From NCBI GenBank assembly GCA_041937175.2, contig CP166615.1:3296001-3360000 (forward strand): a DNA stretch of 64,000 nt, in the 5' to 3' direction. The stretch comes from Limnothrix sp. BL-A-16. Its GTDB lineage: Bacteria > Cyanobacteriota > Cyanobacteriia > CACIAM-69d. Of this stretch, positions 57,310-64,000 are shown in pieces. Position numbers and translations under genes: made by a program. Numbering within the stretch: position 1 is the stretch's first letter; each line of letters starts with the position of its first letter. The notes under the pieces were generated by a model that did not search any database, was not told where the DNA came from, and saw only the letters and a program-made list of their open reading frames with translations.

Positions 57310-59739
57310 TTAACTCTTGGACGCTTCTTCCTCGGTGGCAGAAACTGCCGGAGCCGAAGCCAAATGGGGCGATCGATCATGACCATAACTCAAGCCCCGC
57401 TGAAGCTGATTAAATCGCAACTTCATCGCCAACTCCTCCTGGGGTTTGGTTTCGCGAATCTGCTTCAGGGGCAACAAAATAATAAATTCACTACCCTGAT
57501 CCGGCTCAGAGATGCAGCGGAGTTGTCCGCCATGCTGCGTAATAATTTGATGGCTAATGAATAACCCTAGCCCAGCGCCTTGACCAACGGGCTTGGTTGT
57601 GAAAAAGGGGTCAAATAATCGCGATTGAACTTGTTTGTCAATGCCTAAGCCATTGTCGGCAATGGAAATCAAAACCCAGCGGTTTAAATCCACTTTGGTG
57701 CGAATTGTGATGGTGGGTTGTAATGGAACCTTAGCGGCCTCAAAACCTGAGCCATTAGTGTCAAAGGTTTGTAATTTTGATCTCAGTTGCTCTGCAAAGG
57801 AAGCCCCTCGATTTCGCCTATTGTTGTTGGTGTTTTTGGCGTTGTTGGTATTATTACTAGTGCTAGCGGTTCCAGAACCCAGGTTGCCGACACCCGCATT
57901 CCCCAGGCTCGGTTGGCTCGTCGATTGACTGGAATTTCGGGGGGCTTTCGCAGGTGGGCCGGCGGAGGTTTTCAAGACCGGTGAACGATGGCTTTCCCCA
58001 TCCATGGGTTCTGAATTACTAAGGTCAATTTCGGTTCCCGGCTCTGCACCCAAAATGACAGGAGCAGTGGTTGAGGCGCTCGGGGCTGAGTCTGCCGGTT
58101 TGCCGTGAACTCGTTGATAGTGTTTTTTCATGGTCTCGTCGAGGGAGTCGATCGAGTTCATGAGTAAATGCATAAAAACTTGGTTGAGCTGGCGTGCATA
58201 ACACTCAACAAGGGGTAATTCGCCATAGACTCGCTCGATCGCAATCGCTGGTCGGAATGAGCGTTCTTCTAAGGCGTGGTCTAAGAGTTCGATCGTGCTG
58301 TCAATGCCCGCATGGAGATCCACCGATTTCAAATCCGATTCATCCAGGCGCGAAAAATTGCGCAGGGCATTCACAATTCGATAGATCCGATCGGCTCCAC
58401 GATCGATGGACTGAATCACCCGATCGCTATCTTCCAAAATGAATACTAAATCCATTTCTCGGCTGCGATCTAAAATTTCATCGTAGGCAACGGGATAGTA
58501 TTTTTGATATAGCCGTACTAGGTCGCAAAGATCCTGTTGATATTTTTTAAGGTGTCGCAAATTACCCTGAATAAAGCTCACGGGATTATTCACTTCATGG
58601 GCAATGCCTGCCACCATTTTGCCCAAGCTTTCCATCTTGGCGCTGTGAATCAACTGAGCCTGAGAAGCCCGCAAATCCTGAAGGATTAACTCCAGTTCCA
58701 TGATGCGAGCGCGATAGGTTTCCCGATCGAGATTTTGAGTGGCCGATTCAATTAAGGCGGCCTCCGCGCGATCGCGCTCATCCAAGTTTTGCAACGCCTG
58801 TTGCAGGGCCTGCCAAGCCAAGCTAATGAATCCCAAACTGAGCAGCACCAAAATGCCGCCAATGCTCAAGAGTCCATACAAACTATGTTGGTGCAGGGTG
58901 CGGGTGATGGTGACCCGGGCGATCGCGCTGGGCTTGCCATATACATCCACTAAGTAGCGATAACCCACCAAATTGCGCGATGAGTCAGTTACTTCGGTGC
59001 GCTGATTTCGTCTGATTTGGCCCGCAAAATCAAAGGCTCCATAGAGGGGCAAATTGTTGGAGTGGCGGCTGACCTTAATTTCCAAAGCCCCTGGCACCAG
59101 TTGGCTCAAATCTTGAAGCACGCGAGCATCCAGCCGCTGCCCCATCACAAACCAACCATCCACTTGATCCGGCTTTTGCGGATTGGGAATGCTGCAAATG
59201 GCAATGCTTAATAAGTCATTGTCAATGGCTACCACGCCCGCCAGCCGCTTTTGGTCTGGGTTTGATTGAAATCCTTTCGGCAAGGATTGCAAAAAATACG
59301 TCAGGGTTGTGGAGGGTTCATGATAGCGATCGTTGGCGGTGCTGCCGGACTGATTAGAAACTTGGCGCTCTCGGGCATAGCGAATTTTGCCATCGCGACC
59401 CACCACGGCCATGATGGTTAAATCAAAGCTTTGATAATTGGTTGGACTAAAATTATTGCGAATAAAGTCTTCATTGGGCTGCCCTAGAAACCGATGGGTT
59501 GCATCCCAATAGCCATAATCACAGGCCGATGGCAAAAGCTGGGCCGATCGCCGGTAAAGTAACCGAGTAAAGCGGTTGGTATGTTCTTCGATGGTTCTTT
59601 GTTCGAGGCTGGTGATGGTGTTCAGCAAGACACTCGCCACGCCCGTGTAAAGCAACCCTGATACCAACAAAATGGTCACCACGAGCTGCCGAAAGCCGCG
59701 TCGCACCTGCTCACCTTCAGACGAAGCTGATTTCAGCAC
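57310..59739 (-). CDS. CHASE4-domain membrane sensor histidine kinase
   Basis: TM-(DYGYWDAT..NF)-TM, AHEVNNP, N-box, DNGLG, FTTKPVGQGAGLG. Confidence 0.9.
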   Translation of the reverse strand: MLKSASSEGEQVRRGFRQLVVTILLVSGLLYTGVASVLLNTITSLEQRTIEEHTNRFTRLLYRRSAQLLPSACDYGYWDATHRFLGQPNEDFIRNNFSPTNYQSFDLTIMAVVGRDGKIRYARERQVSNQSGSTANDRYHEPSTTLTYFLQSLPKGFQSNPDQKRLAGVVAIDNDLLSIAICSIPNPQKPDQVDGWFVMGQRLDARVLQDLSQLVPGALEIKVSRHSNNLPLYGAFDFAGQIRRNQRTEVTDSSRNLVGYRYLVDVYGKPSAIARVTITRTLHQHSLYGLLSIGGILVLLSLGFISLAWQALQQALQNLDERDRAEAALIESATQNLDRETYRARIMELELILQDLRASQAQLIHSAKMESLGKMVAGIAHEVNNPVSFIQGNLRHLKKYQQDLCDLVRLYQKYYPVAYDEILDRSREMDLVFILEDSDRVIQSIDRGADRIYRIVNALRNFSRLDESDLKSVDLHAGIDSTIELLDHALEERSFRPAIAIERVYGELPLVECYARQLNQVFMHLLMNSIDSLDETMKKHYQRVHGKPADSAPSASTTAPVILGAEPGTEIDLSNSEPMDGESHRSPVLKTSAGPPAKAPRNSSQSTSQPSLGNAGVGNLGSGTASTSNNTNNAKNTNNNRRNRGASFAEQLRSKLQTFDTNGSGFEAAKVPLQPTITIRTKVDLNRWVLISIADNGLGIDKQVQSRLFDPFFTTKPVGQGAGLGLFISHQIITQHGGQLRCISEPDQGSEFIILLPLKQIRETKPQEELAMKLRFNQLQRGLSYGHDRSPHLASAPAVSATEEEASKS

Positions 59740-60207
59740 AGAACTGCCTCAAGATCCTTTTCCATCTTTCCTTCAGAGTTATCACAAATAGAGGGGTCGC
59801 AACTTCAATTATTGTTAAATTTTTTCCTCTGGGATCCAACTTAGATAACTTTCTTTCGGGTTAACTCATTTTTGAATTAATGATCAATATCTTTGGGAGC
59901 AAACTGCCAGGTAGATTGGCCAGCCGGTGGGTGGGCATTGGGGCGGCCACCACTCAGACCCAGCTGGCGGCCAGGGCGGAAAATTAGCCCCGATTCCGAT
60001 TGGCCCCATGCGGTCTCAGGGGTGCGCAAGTGCAAGAAAAGTCCGTAGGATCGCCGGAATCTGGGGCATTAAAGATCAGCAAAGGTTCATGGTTGAACCC
60101 TTGCTTTTGCGATCGGGAATTCTATTTCTTAGCCCTAAAATTCTGCTTCAAGAATGGCACTTTGGCGTAGCACCTCCGTGGCACAGGGTTGCCAAAGATG
60201 TGACTTT

Positions 60208-61884
60208 TTAGACCTCCAAAGGTAGGGGTAGGGGTTGCAAAGTCTGAATGCCGTGAAGAATCAGGCCATATTCGATCGCCTCCACAACCGCTTGATAGGA
60301 AGCTTCCAAAATGTTGCCGGAGACCCCCACGGTTGTCCAACGCTGGTGGCCGTCACTGGATTCCACCAGAACTCTGGTTTTGGCGGATGTGCCCGCGCCG
60401 CCATCCAAAATTCGCACCTTGTAATCGGTGAGGTGGAACTGAGCCACCACCGGATAAAACTGCACCAGCGCTCGCCGCAGGGCCGCATCCATGGCCGCCA
60501 CGGGGCCGTTACCTTCGGCCACTTCCAGCAGGGTGCGATCGCCCACGGTGACCTTGACGGTGGCCAAGGATTCCCGATCGCTCGGTTCACCAAAGTCGTA
60601 GTGAACGCGGCAATCTTTCAGGACAAAAAAGCTCGATCGCTGGCCGAGGGCCGTTCGCATCAACAGGTCAAAACTGGCTTCGGCGGCCTCGAACTGATAG
60701 CCCTGATTTTCCAAGGTTTTGAGGGTTTGCAAAATCTGCCGACAGGCGGGGTCCTGTTTGTCGAGATCTAAGCCAAAGGAGCGGGCTTTGGCCAACACAT
60801 TGCTCAAACCCGATTGATCGGAAATGACGATCCGGCGCTGGTTTCCCACCCGATCGGGCGAGATATGTTCATAGGTTTGAGGATTGCGTTCCACGGCGCT
60901 GACATGGATCCCGCCCTTGTGGGCAAAGGCGGACAGACCCACATAGGGTGCGCGATCGTCCGGAGCCAAGTTCGCCACTTCACTGACAAAGCGACTGGTG
61001 GCCGTCAACTCCGCCAACTGGGCGGCAGGAATGCAGTTCAGCCCCAGTTTCAACTGCAAATTAGGAATCAGGGTGCAAAGGTTGGCGTTGCCGCAGCGCT
61101 CACCATAGCCATTGATCGTGCCTTGCACCATCCTTGCGCCACTTTGGACTGCGGCGATCGCGTTGGCCACCGCCGTGCCGGAATCGTTGTGGGTGTGAAT
61201 TCCCAACTGGGCCGCAGGCAGCCATTCCCGCACCTCAGCCACAATCCGAGCCACCTCGTGGGGGAGTGTGCCGCCATTGGTGTCGCAGAGGGCCAACCAA
61301 TCGGCCCCGGCCTCATGGGCTGCTTTGAGGGTGGCGATCGCATAGTCAGGATTCGCCAAATAGCCATCAAACCAATGTTCCGCGTCGTAGATCACCTGTC
61401 GCCCTTGGCTGATCAAAAAGGCGATCGAGTCGCGGATCATGGCGATGTTTTCATCGAGGGTGGTTTTGAGGCCCTCGGTCACATGCAAGTCCCAAGATTT
61501 CCCAAAAAGGGCTACCCAACGTGTCCCAGCGGCCAAAATCGGCTTCAGGAGCGGATCTTCCTCGGCGCTCATGCCCGGCCGGCGGGTGGAGCAAAAGGCC
61601 ACCACCTCGGAAAATTCCAGCGGCTCTTCCTGCAGTTGCCAAAAAAACTGCACATCCTTGGGATTCGCCCCGGGCCAACCCCCTTCAATAAAAGGAATTC
61701 GCAGGCGATCGAGTTTGCGGGCAATCCGTAGCTTGTCCTCAATGGAAAATGAGAGACCTTCCGACTGGGCCCCATCCCGCAACGTGGTGTCATAGAGCCA
61801 CAGTTGAGGACTCGCCTGGTGAGAACTGGGCTGGGCGGGGCCGTTGCTGGGTGCAGCATCCGGCGCGGGGGCGGAGAAAACCAT
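60208..61884 (-). CDS. cimA: Citramalate synthase
   Basis: YDTTLRDGAQSEG, EGGWPGANPKD, DAEHWFDG, HTHNDSG, GERCGNAN, FAHKGGIH. Confidence 0.93.
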   Translation of the reverse strand: MVFSAPAPDAAPSNGPAQPSSHQASPQLWLYDTTLRDGAQSEGLSFSIEDKLRIARKLDRLRIPFIEGGWPGANPKDVQFFWQLQEEPLEFSEVVAFCSTRRPGMSAEEDPLLKPILAAGTRWVALFGKSWDLHVTEGLKTTLDENIAMIRDSIAFLISQGRQVIYDAEHWFDGYLANPDYAIATLKAAHEAGADWLALCDTNGGTLPHEVARIVAEVREWLPAAQLGIHTHNDSGTAVANAIAAVQSGARMVQGTINGYGERCGNANLCTLIPNLQLKLGLNCIPAAQLAELTATSRFVSEVANLAPDDRAPYVGLSAFAHKGGIHVSAVERNPQTYEHISPDRVGNQRRIVISDQSGLSNVLAKARSFGLDLDKQDPACRQILQTLKTLENQGYQFEAAEASFDLLMRTALGQRSSFFVLKDCRVHYDFGEPSDRESLATVKVTVGDRTLLEVAEGNGPVAAMDAALRRALVQFYPVVAQFHLTDYKVRILDGGAGTSAKTRVLVESSDGHQRWTTVGVSGNILEASYQAVVEAIEYGLILHGIQTLQPLPLPLEV

Positions 61885-62099
61885 GGTTGCAGTGCCTAAA
61901 CCGATCGCCTATCAAGGGCCTAGTAAATGGCCGATCAACTGAATCGCCTATTCCCGATCGCTAATCGCCCATTAACTCAATAGGAACGATGCGAAGAGGC
62001 ATGAAATAGCGCCAGTGGTGCTATTATCGCGCCTTTTCTGGGGCATTGCGAGGGAAGTTTTTAGAGGGTTCTAACCAAGGTTCTAACCCCGGCTTTCAT

Positions 62100-62249
62100 C
62101 AGGATGTCTGAGCAGCCAAAATTGCGATCTCGTAGGCCTCATTGATCAATGCCTGTGGGATTCATTGATCGATCACAACAAGGGGCTTAAGCCCCTTGCC
62201 CCGACGACTGGTGCTTTGCAAGTACCCTAAGTTACTGCTCAGAGATTTC
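62100..62249. mobile_element. Degenerate MITE family A copy
   Basis: aggatgtctgagcagccaaaattg..ctgctcagagatttc ends, internal palindrome at 62179-62198, abutting a TAA stop. No clean target duplication. Confidence 0.65.
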
Positions 62250-63380
62250 TTAGGCTAAAGATAGGGACTTTTCATAAATGCGATAGGTTTTGTAGATTTT
62301 GCCGCCGGCCGCTTCGATCAGGCGGCGCGATCGGGAATTGTCCTCGTAAACCCAACCTAACTCAGAGGTGCGATAGGGTTTTCCCTTTTGTTGACAGGCT
62401 CGCAATCCCAGATAAATCAAGGCCAAGGGAACCAATTTGCGTTGATATTCCGGCAAGGAACAAATGGCAACCACCCGCCCCCGATCGATTTGCCGCCGAT
62501 ACCAAAGAAACTTCAAGGTTCCCCACCAATTCAGCTTGCCTTTCACTTCCTTGAGCGGGATGTTGTAGTCTGGCAAGCCCATAAAAAATCCCACGGCCTT
62601 ACCGTCCACTTCTGCAATTAAAACCACATCGGGATCAACCAATGGTTGGAGCGATCGCGCCTCTTCTAAAAACTCTTCTTCGGTGCGTGGGGTGGAACTC
62701 CAATTTCCTGAAAAGGCCTCAGTGAATAGACGATATAAAATCCTGGCATCTCGCTCAAAGGCTTCACCCTTGGTTTCAATGGAGCGGAAGCTCACGCCGG
62801 ATTTGGTGGCAATTTTATAGGCTTTTTCAAATTCCGTGGGCAAGGGGCGATCGAGCGGATATTCATAGGCATAGGCATCTTTGGCCTTACTGAATCCTCC
62901 TTGCTCCACCAATTCGGGATAGTAGGAAGGGTTGTAGGGCATCATCACCATCGGTGGGGAATCAAACCCATCAATCAGCATCAGACAATTATTATGAGTC
63001 GATAGATCAATGGGGCCGCGAACTTTGGTCATGCCCTGTGCTTTTAACCAAGTTTCGGCAGCCGTAAATAACCCTTGAGCCACACTGAAATCATTGATGG
63101 TTTCAAAATAGCCAAACAGCCCGATCGCTTCCCCTTCCTTTTCCACCAAGCGTTGATTCACCGTGGCCACAATCCGCCCCACCGGTTCAGGATTCAAGGC
63201 CACAAACGCTTGCAATTGGCCATAGGTGCGGAATGAATTCTCCGCTGACAATTGCCGGGCGATGCTGCTGCGAAGGGGGGCAACCCAATAGGGATCCTGG
63301 TGATAGACCCGATCGGGCACATTCAAAAACTGTTCCAAATCAGCCGGCGTATTGACGGGGCGAATTTCCAAAGCACACAT
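62250..63380 (-). CDS. GNAT-fold conserved protein (YghO-like)
   Basis: PYWVAPL, VGRIVA, FGYFE, RGPIDLS, MMPYNPSYY, LPDYN, ELGWVYEDN, KTYRIYEK. Confidence 0.8.
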   Translation of the reverse strand: MCALEIRPVNTPADLEQFLNVPDRVYHQDPYWVAPLRSSIARQLSAENSFRTYGQLQAFVALNPEPVGRIVATVNQRLVEKEGEAIGLFGYFETINDFSVAQGLFTAAETWLKAQGMTKVRGPIDLSTHNNCLMLIDGFDSPPMVMMPYNPSYYPELVEQGGFSKAKDAYAYEYPLDRPLPTEFEKAYKIATKSGVSFRSIETKGEAFERDARILYRLFTEAFSGNWSSTPRTEEEFLEEARSLQPLVDPDVVLIAEVDGKAVGFFMGLPDYNIPLKEVKGKLNWWGTLKFLWYRRQIDRGRVVAICSLPEYQRKLVPLALIYLGLRACQQKGKPYRTSELGWVYEDNSRSRRLIEAAGGKIYKTYRIYEKSLSLA

Positions 63381-63422
63381 AGCAGCAAGACCAGACGATG
63401 GGAACGGGCGTGAACACCGGAT

Positions 63423-64000
63423 TTAGGGCCGGCTGATTAACTTCTGCATTGTAGGCCCTGGTTTCGGGTCGAATCGCCCAGGAGAATCTAGCAAATTGGG
63501 TGAGGAACCGAGAAAATCGCGCCAGTTTTGCACGAGCGATCGCATTGGATCGCTTAACCAGTCGTCAAAGGCGGGGTAAATCGGTAACCGGGGGCGCAGT
63601 TGCCCGCCCGCTGTGGCTACCCAATGGGTGAGTTGGGCCAAGCTCGGGTGGTCATAGGTGGGGTTCACCTCATCGATCGGGCAGATTCCCCCCAGGTCGC
63701 TTGCCCCTAGCTCGATCGCCCGTTGTAGCAATTCCGCTGTCTTCAACAAATTGGGTGGTACTTGAATTGCAATCTCCGGCGGCAACAGTTCCCGAGCGAT
63801 CGCCACCGTTTCCAGCAGCACGGCCGCCGAACAGGCCTCGCCTTCCCAGGCTTGATTCAAACCAGGGCTGTGGGGTTGCACGATCACTTCCTGAATGTGG
63901 CCGTACTGGCGATGAATCTGCCCGATCGCCCGCAAGCTGTCCAGGCGATCGGCCTCAGTTTCGCCAATCCCAATTAATAGACCCGTGGTGAAGGGAATTT
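63423..64000 (-). CDS. cofG: FO synthase subunit CofG, 5' end outside the window
   Basis: IPFTTGLLIGIGET..GHIQEVIVQP..IQVPPNL..DLGGICPIDEVNP..RLPIYP. Confidence 0.9.
   Translation of the reverse strand, partial: IPFTTGLLIGIGETEADRLDSLRAIGQIHRQYGHIQEVIVQPHSPGLNQAWEGEACSAAVLLETVAIARELLPPEIAIQVPPNLLKTAELLQRAIELGASDLGGICPIDEVNPTYDHPSLAQLTHWVATAGGQLRPRLPIYPAFDDWLSDPMRSLVQNWRDFLGSSPNLLDSPGRFDPKPGPTMQKLISRP

Noticed and set aside
1..64000. Numerous long antisense or alternate-frame ORFs in the ORF track (e.g. 20556-21485, 39038-39949, 47730-48737, 60814-61731)
   Set aside because: They are shadow ORFs of well-supported genes in GC-rich coding DNA.

Overview
A 64-kb stretch of cyanobacterial chromosome. 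Evidence for this is the very frequent HIP1/CGATCG sites plus ndhL, flv3, cikA and Uma2 genes. It looks like a filamentous Limnothrix-type genome, but that attribution is only an impression. Most of the window is housekeeping and signalling genes (ppa, serS, tsaB, birA, ndhL, trpA, polA, mutS, ribD, cimA, cofG, three histidine kinases, one GGDEF/EAL protein), two tRNAs (Lys-CTT, Gly-GCC) and two restriction-modification loci. The main observations are: (1) an intact CobQ-family gene that has lost essentially every catalytic motif, a candidate pseudo-enzyme; (2) a low-GC, HIP1-free cassette pairing an NspV-like (TTCGAA) endonuclease with a C5-cytosine methyltransferase, apparently replacing the interior of an MmeI-like gene whose N- and C-terminal stumps still flank it, with TTCGAA apparently avoided in the window; (3) two MITE families that carry the same 20-bp palindrome, which is also the insertion target of one family and produces nested elements; (4) a possible orphan IS200/IS605 right end; (5) several in-frame low-complexity insertions in conserved proteins. 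All family assignments come from motif recognition and memory; no searches were run.
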